This document shows, piece after piece, positions 1 to 12,896 of a DNA stretch of 64,000 bases. Each line of letters opens with the position of its first letter. Position 1 is the first letter of the stretch. The notes below the pieces were generated by a model that worked only from the letters and a program-made list of their open reading frames with translations, did no database searches and was not told the DNA's origin. The position numbers were made by a program, and so were the translations under genes. The stretch lies in assembly GCA_965287045.1 (NCBI GenBank), contig OZ336874.1:17298001-17362000 (forward strand), given 5' to 3'. The DNA is from Carcharhinus amblyrhynchos. Its lineage: Eukaryota.

Positions 1-1949
1 CCGTAATGGTGAGTGCACGCTAAAAGCATCTGATTCCAAGGTGATATTAAAGCACAGCTCAAAGACCTGTGTAAGCGCATCAGATGCATGCTAATTATTT
101 AGAAACTACTTAGTTCTTTCTCAAACAATGATAATATTCACGCATGGCATGCCTGCCAAATTACAAGCAAACCACTCAACAGCGATAGTGTATAAAAGTT
201 TCTGCCAATATTCATTTGCACGCTCCTCTTATCCAGGGAGGCATCCTGACCAATCACACAACAATCTAAAACTCATTAGACAAAGGAAAAGGAGTATTTA
301 AGTAATCTCTTATATCTTCAGGGGAAAGAAACATTCATACCAAAGAGGCTAGCCACCAGTGGAGCAAACTTATATGGAGATTGGTGGAAAATACTTTGTA
401 AATTGTACGCTGCCAATCCAAAGAGATGACAGGATGGTGTCATGTAGGCCGTAAGCAGTGTTTTGCAACCTCAATAGGAATAACACCAACCTTCAATTGC
501 TGTGCATGCCAAAGGTGCAAAGGGCCTGGAAGCTATCCTAGACAATCCCTTAGGGTAGGGATTGATTACTAACAGAGTTAAGCCTCTACAGCTCCAAAGG
601 AACAGACTGAGGTAAACTACATTCTCATTTGAATCCTTCCCAACCTAACACTTCACGGTCAAAGAAGCAGAACATCTACAATCAGGTGCCCTAGTTCCTG
701 AAGTTCCTTACCAGCCTTGATGTGCCCAAGCATGCAAAGACCCCATTACTATCATTTAAGATCACTGTCTGTATTTGAAAGTGACAGAATTCAGCTTCGC
801 TCTACTTCTGAGGGCAAAGTAAGACCTCGGACTTTCGATCCCAGCATTCACTAAACAATTTTTCCACTCTATCCCTAATCCTTTTCAGATGTTTGACTAA
901 TTGGATTTAATTTCAAATCATCCATTTTTTAGATTCCATTTATTTTCCCCTTTTCGTATATAACATCAACTTGAAACAACTGCGAAAAATAGCTCTGATT
1001 TTTTTGCTCCAGGTAATTCTTGAGAGTTTAGAATTGGCAACAGATTCCTGACTGCATGCTCCAGCAAACCATGTTCACTAACATGACGTTCTGGAGAGCA
1101 TTCCAACTGATTATGCTGCTTAGGAGAGTATTTCACAGGTATGGGGAGCTCTGTGTGCAACGTTTTGCAGCTACTATTCTGTACGGGCCTTTTCAATTGA
1201 TAAAAGACAACAGAGCTGAAACAGCAGGTAGATAAAGCGACATGGAATTTTCTAGCATTGCTAAGGCCCTAACCCTCTAGGTAACTGATAATGTATCTGA
1301 ATCTTTGTGAAATTGTACAGAGTGGAAATTGGTCATAGGGTTATAGAGGTTTATAGCATGGAAACAGGACCTCCGGCCCAACTTGTCCATGCCGCCTTTT
1401 TTTTAACCACTAGTTTCACTGGTATGAAAGCTTAGACTCTCCCTTGCGAGGTTTTGGGCCAAACGGGTGGTTCTTATCCTCTAAAAGGGTTACTGAGCAC
1501 TATAGATCAATATCAATTGATCAAAGAGTGCATGAACTTCACAGATTTGCAGAATGGTACAGCACAAGTGGTAGCCATTTGGCCCATCAATTATACACTG
1601 ACTCTTTCAAACAGTAATTAGGTTAATCTCACTCCCATGCTCTTTCCCCATCTTTCTGCTCCACTTTCCCCATACATTTTGGAAATTGTTAACTATCTGA
1701 ACAAGAGGTTATTCACAAGAATGAGAATGCATGGAAGTGCTATTTATGTGAATGTGTAAGTGGTCTGAAGATAAGACCAGGTTTAAGTCCAACCGATTTA
1801 TTTGATAGTAAATTCACTAGCTTTCGAGGTTACCCTCAGGGTAACGCCGTCCAACGGCGGCATATCCACATCCTGAAGACAAGATACAGAGATAAATTCG
1901 GAAATCATTTTCTGAGCAGAGGAACTTTTACAAATATTTCTGGTGGATC

Positions 1950-2175
1950 TATACTGGCACGTCAGCTATTCACCATATATTTTAATGACCTGATTGAAGG
2001 AACAGAATGTTGAACCTGCAAATTTCCAGATGGTGTTATGTTTGGGGAGCAGAATAAGTGTGTAAATGGAGCAGGAAGTTACAAAGGAGCTTTGAACGCC
2101 TCAGGTGAATGGGCAAAACCACGGCTGATGATGTTCAAGGAGGGCAAGTGTGGTCATCCATTTTGGGTCTGACAC
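1950..2175 (+). mobile_element. CR1-type LINE reverse transcriptase fragment
   Basis: cagctattcaccatatattttaatgacctg (QLFTIYxNDL) motif followed by an ExAKxWxMxF-like segment. Confidence 0.6.
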
Positions 2176-3439
2176 TGTTAAACTGGAATTGAGGCATCGA
2201 GGTATTTTAAGTGACAAAGGGATTTGATGGCACAGTGAAAAGGTTTACTTTGGGAGTAAGATGATGTTTGTAACTATTCACAACACCGAGGACTGTTGAA
2301 AAGGACGTTGTCAGCATTGTCCCTGTGTGGCTTGACACGGCTTTTCACAGCTGGGTATGATACAGCATTGCCATTACAGGATCACACAATTGTTATGATG
2401 CAGGTGGAGGCCATTTGGCCCATCATGTCTGTACCAGCTTTCAAACAAGCATTTAGCTTAGTTCCATTTTCCTCTGAACATTGTTTCTATTCAAGTAACC
2501 ATCTTATGCCCTTCCGAATGCTTTGATTGAATCTGCCTCCCCCTCACCATCTCCCTCCTAATAGCTAACGCTCCCGCTCGCCAGTCAATCCATTTGCAAC
2601 TTCATCGTGAGTGTTCGAGACAGGGAAGTGGTGGTAGGGAGTGTCGATGAGCTGGAGAGATTGTGAGCAGGACAACTGAGGAATTACAAGAGCCTTGAGT
2701 GAAAGGGGCAGGGTGCAGCAAACAGTGCAAGTGGAAAGGGCAGGAAATGGGGAGGGGTGGAAGGGGCTTTGAGCAGGAAGGTCAAGGTGTGGGATAGTAC
2801 GTGAGAGGAAGGGGCAGAGAGTGGGGGGGGGTTGCAGGGAAGCGAGTGAGAGGCTCAGGCAGTGAGATGGATGATGAATGGGAAGGTTGTGCTGTGGAAA
2901 GAAGGGCGAGCGGGAAGGTAGGGGGTGCAGAGACAATGGGAGGACAGAGGATAGGGGAGAGAACTGATGTGCAAGAGAGTTGGTGTGTAGGAGGGTTGGT
3001 GAGTGGGAGAGACTAGGTGCATTGACCTGAGTGTGGTGCCTAGGGGAATTTCACAGTAATTTCACAGTAACTTCATTGCAGTGTTAATGTAAAAAATGTG
3101 ACTAAAAAATAAACCCTAACTTTAAGGAGGTGGTGTGCGCAAGGGTCAGGAAGCAGAAGGGTTGACGAATGGGAGAGGCAGCGTGTGGGACGCAAGTACA
3201 AAAAGTGTTAGTAAATTACCAAGAGTTAGGAAGTTATTAAAAGCCTCAGTGATTGTACACTTGGCACAATGTGTACAGTAATCAAAATGTTTATCTTTTA
3301 ATTACATTTGTTGTGTTTAGTGAACCAAAATACCTTATTGAAAAGATAAATTACAATGAATTGCTCAGTATTTTTAAAATTTTACTTACAGTCCAATTAA
3401 AATTGTCCAATATCCAGTTGGTCCTGCCTGTTTTTTGAG

Positions 3440-3755
3440 GAAATACCAGTGATCCACACTGACACTTCATTGAGACTGGGAGAGACTGCTGCAGCATTGG
3501 GAGTGTGCTGGGATGCTGTGTCTGGCATATTTGGTGGATATAAAGGTTGCATGATGATATTTGAAGAGGGGGTGAGTCCTGGTCAATGTTTACTGTCAAC
3601 TGACATTACTGAAACTGTTTCATTGGTCATGTGGGAATCTTTCTGTGCACTTATTTCCATACTTTATACAGTGACTACACTTTGCAATCTACTCCATTGG
3701 CTGTTAAGTGCTTTGGGGCTTTCAAAGTTCCTGGGAAGTGTTATTTTTGTTTCTT
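3440..3755 (+). mobile_element. Decayed Deu-domain SINE (SacSINE1-like)
   Basis: gtgggaatctttctgtgcac...cagtgactacacttt...cattggctgttaagtgctttggg; similar to the copy at 26878-27330. Confidence 0.55.
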
Positions 3756-5424
3756 GCAGTTCCACCTGAACATACTTGTTAAAGATTTATCTTACGTTCA
3801 ACCAAGGTAAATGTGCCTCAAGACGAGTAGCTTTGGGGTCAGGCACAAGATTCATTGTACAGCACTATAGGTGCCAAACATGTTCTTGCCACTGCAATTT
3901 GGGATGCTGTCCAAATTCTCAATTGTGGGCAAACTGGAAGTTCGCTCTGGAATTTCAGGTTTACTGTTTCTAAAGAATGATGACTGTAGTAGGGACTGGA
4001 TTAACTGAACTTCAAGGGACAATAATTAAACCTGTTGTGAAGCTGCGGAACATGCCTGAATTCAATCCAGTTGCCCTGGGACAAGAGGGACAAAACCCCA
4101 CCAAATTGGGTTTTACTATGCACCACAAGGGCAACTTTTCTTAAAATTTAATTTGGATCTTACCCTACAAAAGGTTAAGCATCTCTTCTCATTCAGCAAC
4201 TTGCAATGGCAAAGGAAATAAGCACATTCCAAATCATGATAAACTCATTGCGTTGAAAATAATTCAAGGGTTAAAATGACTGCAGTAACATCAAGGGGCC
4301 CAGGGCTTATGCAAAACCTTCATCGGCTTTGACATAGCGTAATCCAGTTGAGACCCTCTGATCCAAATCAACATCAATGCCGAGACCTGCAGGAAGCCGA
4401 GTAAAGATATTAAGCAGCCACCTCCCAATGAGCTGGGCCAACATTCCTGACCTCCCCAGAACTGTTTGTTTGAAAATTTCTCCATTGATTACTCTGCATT
4501 AACTTCCTCTCTAGAATGTAAGTCTATTCCGGTACATGCTTTGTTTCCAACGACACATGGGTTAAAAATGGGTGATTTTTAAATTTGATACCCGGCATAA
4601 AAACCTCAAGTTAATGGCTCAGAACATTGCTGGACTGATCTTGGCAACTCAGGCCGCAATGCACAATGGGACCAGTAACAAGATACGTGGAGCCTGTTGA
4701 GAAAGTGAAGCTTACGAAAGAATATTGCACTGATCTGCACTTCTCTCGTATCCCCTCCTGAGCACTCAGGATGCATCTCAGTTCAGTAAGCAAGCTGAGC
4801 AACGCAGACAGACATCTGTTTTTTTTTGTAATTCATATGATATGCCACAAATCCTCAGAACAATCTCGGTTGCTTTAGCTTGCTGGGATTGAAAATGACA
4901 GAAAGGTCACTCGTTCTGATATTTGCCTTTTTTTTGGCAGGTAAAGAACTGAACCAGTTTCTGTTTTAAAGGACAGCACTATTGGCAATAACAAAATAAA
5001 GGTGAGGATGTTTGTGTTCAGATGCTGTCAGCTATTATCTCAGATTGTGAAAATTATTCAAAGTGCCTCAGCAAAACTGGCCAAGTGCTATCTTTGCAGG
5101 ACAGAAATGGGACTGTGTGCAGTGCATGGAGTTCAAAATTATACAACTTAAATCTAGTTTATTCCAGTTTGACTATGGGGGGGATTATCTCTGCTGTATG
5201 TTTCTTGCAGTGGGAGGTGGCCGTTCTCCAGTGGTGGGATTTTCTGGTCCCGCCGCTGACAATAGAAGTTCCCATTGACTATACTCCTTGCCACCAGGAA
5301 ACATGTGGCGGGGGCATGCCGAAGGCAAGACAAGATGATCCAGAAAATTCAGTTTATATGTGCATACATGTACAAATGGCAGTAAGAAGATGCTATTATA
5401 CTCTGTCCTTATTGAAAAGGTTAC

Positions 5425-5600
5425 ATTCCAAAGATGTGCAGGTCAGGTTGATTGGCCATGCTAAATTGCCCCTTAGTGTTAGGGGGATCAGCAGGTTAAG
5501 TATGTGGAGTTACACGAATAGAGCCTGGGTGGGATTGTCGGTGGTGGAGGCTCGATGGACTGAATGGTCTCCTTCTGCACTGTAGGCATTCTACGATTGT
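5425..5600 (+). mobile_element. 3' half of an HE1-like V-SINE
   Basis: tccaaagatgtgcaggtcaggttgattggccatgctaaattgcccctt and a CR1-like tail; matches 25930-26270. Confidence 0.75.
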
Positions 5601-5939
5601 GTGAATTTCAGGAGAAGATTTCTCCAACAAAGACCGTGTAAGGTAGTCTGATAAAAGTCAGACATCCCTTATGAATAGGATGCACATTGAACCTAGGACA
5701 CCGGATAAGGGGATCTGGCAAACATCAGAAAGCTATGAGTAAGACCCTTAATGTTCACAAGATGATCACAGAGTCCAATGCTGCACAGGAGCAGATGTTA
5801 TTGGCCAAGATATCGAATCCATACTTACAATGATTGGCTCATAACCAGTTGAGGTGAGCAAATAGCTTTTGAAAATTGTATAATTGCAGGACTAAGAATA
5901 ATGTAATTTCAGATTCACAGTTGATTTGGAACTGCCCTA

Positions 5940-7600
5940 AATCACCCTCCCTCGTATGTTGACCAAGCTTGGGAAATAAAAAACGTCTTTTACCAGAGTA
6001 CAGTCCCCATGAGTCTTTGTGTTAGCTGAGCTGTAATTAAGAGAGAAAATCCTCCATGTGAAAGCCATCATAACACAATCTCTGAAAAAAGTTCCGATAG
6101 ACTGATTTTGACTTTGACCTTCAATTGCCTTTTCCATTTCATCAGGCATATCTGTCTCATTCTGAGGAGGATCTGAACTGGTTTCAGGCTCAACCTGTAG
6201 TGGAGTAACTGTTGCTATTCTGCTTGGGACCCAGCTTTCTAATTCACCAGACTCGTTTGTTTCTTCCCAACTTTCTTCTTTGCGAGCCCCTAAAGGTAAA
6301 TCACGATCTAAATTTACAAATCTTATCTTTCCTCTACCAAATGCCTTGACTAAAAATGTGTGAAGACCACACATCTTTTCATGACACTTCCTGATCGCCA
6401 CTTCAACCACCTCTGATGATGATCTTCCACCTTAATCTTCTAGTTCAACTTCAGATGTCCTTCTTTCACTCTGTCATGACTTTTTTTTGTCCCTGCTTTC
6501 TTTCATTTCTATTGAATGTGCAAAATGTGATTTCAACAATGAAAAATTTATTCTGGTTTGTCTTCTAAGAAAAGTTTCAGTTTGCATTCCTCTGGGAGTG
6601 GTGCGAAGTGTGTTGTGATTAAAAAAGTCTCCAGTTTGTGAGGCAATGACAAATGACATTTCTTCCAATTTGTATCTAGCACTTGTTTAACAAGAGCATG
6701 TGTAACAATTTGTATTGTGCGCTCTACATTTTCACTGGAAGCAAGATGATACAGCCATACTCATGTGCTTTACCTCATTCACTCTCATGAAGTTGAAAAC
6801 TCTTCTGATTAAAACTGAGGTCTGTTGCGGAACACAATTTGTGAACCAATGGCAGCAAACAAACTGTGCAAAATGTCTAGTTTTACTGGCTGTTGTTTTA
6901 TTCATTTGCAGCCCCTCAACCCACTTTGAAGGACTATTTATCACAACCTTGACCTTCAATTTATCTCAAAACGCTGCTGCAGACTGCACCCCTCCCTCAC
7001 TTTCAGGATTCAGGACCCCTCCAATCGTTGGTAGCAATTTTCCTTCACACCCCTCCCAAGTAATCAATACCGCTCGATGGGGTTGTCCGAAGCCCCCTTC
7101 AGGCTCAGCCTTCTTCAGACCATGTCCCCTTCAGGCCCCACCCATTTCAGACACACCCCTTTGCAGTGTCAACCTGGCAATGCCTCCTTGTGCCCTGGAA
7201 CAGCCAACCTGGCAGTACAGAAACATATAAACTGGAAGCAGGAGTAGGCCATTTGGCCCTTCAAGCCTGCTCCACCAATATTTTGATATTGGCGGAGCAT
7301 TTAAATCACAAACGAATCTATCTCGCAATGCTCTCTCTTGAAATTCTCCAAAATTACAATGAAATAGACAGTTTTTTTTTAAAGCTGTGACGAAGTCTCC
7401 AGTGTCCTCACTGGACAACTGATTCCTGGTTCCAAACGGAGAACTTTCAGCAATCTCCAATGGCTTGGGATGTAGCACTGCTCAAACTCACATAAAATAT
7501 CTGACACTGGCACATCTTTTAGCTTCAATGGGGCAAGCAGATTTTTGATTGTCTCCTATGCCTGCTTTAGTTAGAAAAATCACCCTTTTCCTTTACTCCA
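5940..7600 (-). mobile_element. Decayed, internally deleted Gypsy-type LTR retrotransposon (gag and integrase remnants)
   Basis: gag-like RNQ...FVTALKK...CNFG...LRDRFVC at about 7300-7440; integrase-like RTTP...FLRRQTRINFSLLK at about 6500-6620; C-terminal region at about 6250-6410. Confidence 0.7.
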
Positions 7601-8501
7601 CTGCCTGATTATCAGGTTGTCAGGAACTTGAGGATATTATTAGCAGTGAAAAACATTTCTAATCACTCCACATATGCACTGAAAGATTCTTGGTTGCAAT
7701 AATATTCTCTTAGTTTCCCAGTAATATCCATTGAAACAGTCATCTTCAAAGGGTAGTTCATCCAGTATACAGACAGCTTTTTACTAAACCTGGATTTTTA
7801 AAACTATTTCTCAATAAAAGAAAAACCCTCATAATTCCCCCACTGATTTGATGGAAGCTTTTCCAACAAAATTTGTTTTGCTAGGGCATCTATAGTCCCA
7901 CTTGTAGGACAGAAAAAAGACTGTGGCACTTGGAGTTCAAAAGTACCCAACTGAAAAAACAAACTACTCTATTTCAATTTATTGTATCTACATACATACA
8001 AGAATTGCTACGAGAATGTGCTTGCCTCAAATTAAGAAAATCATTCAAAATACATCAGTAAAACTGATCAAGTGCAAGTCCTTCAAAATACACTGACAAA
8101 TTCTCAATGTCTAGTAACTAAAACTTTTATTGTATAGAGAAATTGTAAACTCAACCAACTATTAAAGCAACTTCACCAAATTATGGCAGTAAATTTCAGA
8201 TCCACCAATACTTATCAAAATATGCCATTAATTTGCAAAGCCAGCAAAAGAGACCAGTATTCTTCACCACAGTAACGAAATATTTGAATTTTACTGATTT
8301 TAAATCATGTCATACGAACCGTTATACTTTTATCAATAAAATCTAACCACATCAGCAAAACTAAAACTTCCAAAAAAACTGCAAGTGATAGAACGACAGC
8401 AGAGAAAATGATTGCTGAGATCCTCATATCTGCGTTAATTCTGGTTCAATAACTGGAATTATTTACCCTTATCCTGGTTCCCCTGCCTTTTCCCGCTTAT
8501 T

Positions 8502-8792
8502 GGATGGCACAGTGGCTAGGAATGCTGCCTCACAGTGTCAGGGACTCGATTTTCATTCCTGACTTGGGTCATTGTCTCTGCAGAGTTTGCAAGTTCTCCC
8601 CACGTCTGCATGGGTTTTCTCCTGGTGCTCCCGTTCCCTCCCACAGTCCAAAAGATGTGCTGGTTAAGTGCACTGTTCATGCTAAATTCTCCCTCAGTCT
8701 ATCTAAACAGGTATTGGAGTGTGGCAAGTAGAAGATTTTCTCAGTAACTTCATTGCAGTGTTCATGTAAGCCGACGTGTGACTCTAATAAAC
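8502..8792 (+). mobile_element. V-SINE (tRNA-derived), variant-tail subfamily
   Basis: A/B-box head, V-domain tgggttttctcctggtgctcc, tail cagtaacttcattgcagtg...aataaa; matches 42502-42793 and 46277-46563. Confidence 0.8.
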
Positions 8793-9895
8793 TAATGTTA
8801 TTCTCCCATTTAACATTACTTATCCAATTCCCTTTTAAACGATATTGCAATCCCTGTTTCAGTAGCCACATATCATACAGCATTATACGAACTGCAACTG
8901 CCATGTATCTGCCCACCTCATCATTTACATTCTGCTATACCCTCTTACATTCATCTTCGATGTGTGTCATGCCTGTTATCTGGTTGTGCTCAAGTCAAAA
9001 TCACTTCCATTAAATGTTTTTTGAAAAAACACAGCACAGATCCTTGCTGCAAAACCCTGCCTGTCATCAACCTGTTTGCTGATACCTTTATCTTTCTGTT
9101 CCCGAGACAACTCTGAATCCATGTAGCTACAACTGACATATACATTCGCAGCCCAAAATTGTCCCTTTGTTTACATCTCATTTCACTTTATCTTCTGTAA
9201 AAGTGTTTACTTGTCCATGAAATGTGAATTCATAACGGTAATAATCATAGCTATGAAGCTGAACTTGTGTTGATGAGCATTTCCATTCTGTCACTTTTGT
9301 TTTCTGACATACTGTGTTGATTGAATGATTGTGCACCTTTGTTTTTCCATGTACTAATGTATCATGTTACTCATTCAAAACGAAGGTGAAGATGCTTCCA
9401 GTGTTCTTATCCATTCAATTCTACCAGATTCTCAGTCGGGCTGTTTGTGTTGCACATTTCAGCTTAGAAGGCCATAGAGTTTCTGCATTGGAGGAGGAAC
9501 AGTTTGGGGAAAATCATTTTAAGCTAAGTTTAGCCATAATCCTTCATTCCTCCACCAAGGCACAAAATAATGAGAATGAATGTCCTCCCAACACTAAACC
9601 ATGTCAGGTGTTACTGTAACAGAGAAGCGTGCAAACACCACACCATGAATGTTATCTTTGACAAGGTACTGTGAATATGGGTAATTGCAGCATCTATAAA
9701 GTATCTAACAATTAACAGCGGGAAAATGTGGGTCGGATTTTTCCAACTGTTAACGCCAGCGGGATTTTCCCATTCCACCGCAGTGAACGAAGAATGAAGA
9801 TTTGGCTTGTCGCCAAATTCTCTGTCTACGCATGGCGTGAACGGGTGATAAGACCATGACTGTGAATTACGAAATTAGCTCTCGAGTCAGCAGAA

Positions 9896-10405
9896 GTACC
9901 CGACTCAAGAACAGCTTCTTCCCTGCTGCTATCAGACTTTTGAATGGACTTACCTTGCATTATGTTGATCTTTCTCCACACCCTAGCTATGACTGGATAG
10001 GATAGAGGTGGAAAGACTCTTGCCGCTCAAAAAAGACAGTAGGACTAGGGGGCACAGCCTCAAGATAAAAGGGGGGCGGTTTAGAACGGAGTTGAGGAGG
10101 AACTTCTTAAGATGCGGGTTGATGGGTTTTTGATAGGAGAGGGTATTAAGGGTTATGGGGAGAGGGCGGGAAAGTGGAACTGAGCAGCGACAGATCAGCC
10201 ATGATCTTATTGAATGGCGGGGCAGGCTCGAAGGGCTGGATGGCCTACTCCTGCTCCTATTTCTTATGTTCTTATGACTGTAACACAACATTCTGCACTC
10301 TCTCCTTTCCTTCTCTATGAACGGTATGCCTTGTCTGTACCGCACGCAAAAAGCAATACTTTTCACTGTATGTTAATACATGTGCCAATAATAAGTCAAA
10401 TCAAA
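9896..10405 (+). mobile_element. Rex1/Babar-like LINE 3' end interrupted by a CR1 insertion
   Basis: Encodes RLKNSFFPAAIRLLN and ends in (tcaaa)2; homologous to the inverted copy at 21690-22240. Confidence 0.75.
9996..10272 (+). mobile_element. 5'-truncated CR1/HER1-like LINE with an 8-bp target-site duplication
   Basis: actagggggcacagcctc...cctactcctgctcctatttcttatgttctt; TATGACTG at 9988-9995 and 10273-10280. Confidence 0.85.
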
Positions 10406-10420
10406 GTACAGAGAACGCAC

Positions 10421-11002
10421 CTCCTTGTTGAGTTTTAACCTGTATTTCAGGCGAATGTGGTCCATCCCCAACTGAAGTGAAAGCCAGCACGCGGACGGTG
10501 TAAGTTGTTTCGGGGGTCAAGTTTGCAATTGTTGTCAGCATACTGTCGTCCACATTATGCTTCTGCCAGTTGTTAATGTGCTGTTGAGGATCCATAGTGT
10601 AATAAACTCTGTATCCACGGATCTGGCCGTTTGCCTCCTCTGGTTCCTCCCACTGAATTAACATGGTGGTGGTGCTTAGCATGCGTGCTTGTACAGAACG
10701 AGGTGGGCTGGATGGGGCCTGCTCGCCAGTTCGCGTTTCTATCGGTTCACTTGGTGGCCCTTGCCCGATATTGTTCACTGCAATGACTCTGAATTCATAA
10801 TCTGAATAAGGGCTTAGTCCTCCAACACTGTATCGTGTTGTAGCTACCCCATCAATCTCCTGAAACGGTGTATCTGAATACTTGGGCTTGTGTTGTACGA
10901 TATAGTGAGCCACGGGCTCTGGGTTTCCCGAGTCCCAAGTCAACGTGACACTTGTTGCTGTAGTTTCAGTTACAACAGGGGTGCCTGGGGGTTTTGGCAA
11001 AG
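10421..11002 (-). CDS. PTPRD: PTPRD-like exon, fibronectin type III repeats 1-2 ([13 protein letters not shown]...IQVKTQQG)
   Basis: 582 nt, phase 1-1; ctacag|CTTTG ... GGAG|gtgcgt; PTPRD-type [17 protein letters not shown] and YYTMDPxQHxNNW. Confidence 0.95.
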
Positions 11003-11199
11003 CTGTAGATAAAAACGTGGTAGGTCAGCTTGTAGATAATGTTAACAACTTTATTAGTACAGTTAAACAGCATTCACCGACCCTACAACACAAAACGAAT
11101 GCTTTGACATGAGAGGTACAATGCTGTAATTAACTTGTAGTGATTATTACATGTTTACATTATTAAAAGATTTAGCAGCATTTGAATGGAATATGAGAT

Positions 11200-11423
11200 G
11201 GAAGTCGCCAAAGTCCCAGAGGACCATTGGCTGCTCTCCCCTTTTTTTAAGGGGGAGCTGACTGGTGGTGACTTAACCTGATGATCACCACACCTCAGGT
11301 GAGAGGCAAGATTGAGAAGGTGGGGTTTTCATGAATAACCTCAGCCGGTATGGGAACTGAAGCCACGCTGTTGGTGTTGCTCCACATCAGAAACCAACAC
11401 TACAAGCCGACTGAGCGAACCGA
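11200..11423 (-). mobile_element. tRNA-derived SINE (third family)
   Basis: Reverse-complement match to 62040-62256, with an A/B-box-like head. Confidence 0.7.
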
Positions 11424-12298
11424 CCCCCCTCAATACTGGAGAGTATAACGTGCCAGTCTGATAATAATTTGAAGACTCTACAATTTTACCAATGCAGCTT
11501 CTTACTGTAACTAAACACCAGTTCATTTATGAATTTTCCTCCAGTTTCACCTGAACAAACATGTATTACAATACAATGGATAAGGTGGGGTTTGCATAAA
11601 TAACACCAGAGAGACCCATGACTTTCCTTCTCTGGGATATATCCCAAAGCTGCACTGGGGGATCCCCTGGCTGTCACCAGGTAATGACTGCTCAGCAATT
11701 GCTTAGAAATTTCACATTCCTGAATTACCCTGCATGGATACGATCCAATACCCCAATTTAAACTGGAAGCTTCAGATGATCCCGACCGTCTTTCCACAAT
11801 CGTTACTCAGAAAAGGTTAGAATTCAAATCACTTCTAAATTCTGGTTAATTATATGCTCTCTTACTGGACCAACACCAAGACTCACAGGACCCCGGACAA
11901 ACCCCCACCTCTACTGCCCACCTCACTCTCCACAGTGTCCTCCCTAACCCACCGACCACCCTTGCCTCACCCCCGACATCTACACTCCTCAACTACTTCC
12001 TCAGTACCTGACTGTCTTCCCCAGCCCCAACTACCCCTCCCCTCCACTGACCACATGGAAACCATCCCCCAGCTCTCTCTGCGACAGAAGGCCCAAACTT
12101 TCACGGACCTCCACCTCCCAGTGACCCAACCCCTCCACCTCACTGACCATCCGATCCCTTCCCTATCCTGCCCACTTATCTTTTCCTTGGCTTCTCAAGG
12201 TGACTGAACATTTAACCTTACCTGCTTTAAGGCAGCTAGTAATGTAACATAAAGGAGCTTGGCTTCCTTCCCTCCACCTCAGCTGCTCTCAACACAGT

Positions 12299-12434
12299 GG
12301 GCTCAATCCTACTGGCCGTTCACACCATGCTCACGCTGCAGCGAAGTCAGGGAATTTGGCGCCCAGCCAAATCCACATTCAAGACAGCGGGGTGGAAAAA
12401 TCCCGTTGGCATGAATGGCCGTAACATTCTGCCC
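12299..12434. mobile_element. Short MITE-like element with imperfect terminal inverted repeats
   Basis: gggctcaatcctactggccgttca ... tgaatggccgtaacattctgccc; related inverted copy at about 9730-9858. Confidence 0.6.
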
Positions 12435-12626
12435 AATGTCTCTGGGACCTGCTGCATCTTTCTCACCCGAGCTGAGCTGGAAGGTCAAGCGAGAAAGGAG
12501 TGGCTTCTTTTTAAGGTAAGTATCTGGCAGTAAAGTGACAATCTGAGGCTGATTGCCACTCGCTGGAAGTAGCAGCACATGAAGTATATTTCAGGTCTGC
12601 AATTTTAAAGAGCGATCACTATTCAC

Positions 12627-12896
12627 CTTTAACAGTGACCTCAGAAAATGCTTCTATGACTCCAAGGGTTGACATGGCAACACACGTGTAATTTGCAGAC
12701 TCTCTGACGTTGTTCAGCTCCAGGACATTTCGTCCAATGGGCATGTCATCTTCAGGAGTCAGGTCTTCTGCTCCCAGCATCCATTTCACATAAGGCATTG
12801 GGGAACCCACGGCAACACAGGTTATATTGACACTTCCACCAGGCATGATCTCGTGACTTGTCGGAGGGATAGAAAATCTTGGTGGGACACGGCGGA
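12627..12896 (-). CDS. PTPRD: PTPRD-like exon, Ig3 domain ([12 protein letters not shown]...[11 protein letters not shown])
   Basis: 270 nt, phase 1-1; ttacag|TCCGC ... AAAG|gtgaat; PTPRD-type residues [17 protein letters not shown] and [10 protein letters not shown]. Confidence 0.95.

Noticed and set aside
353-365. CTCF-like CCACCAGTGGAGC
   Set aside because: Single imperfect match; unsupported without ChIP or conservation data.
2565-3016. ORFs over a purine-rich tract (also 11854-12207)
   Set aside because: Low-complexity translations, probably from decayed repeats; no protein signature.
5022-5585. 187-aa plus-strand ORF
   Set aside because: Chance frame running through a MITE and a V-SINE.
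1-10400. Next PTPRD exon (FNIII-3)
   Set aside because: No matching peptide with splice sites found by eye; it probably lies beyond the window.
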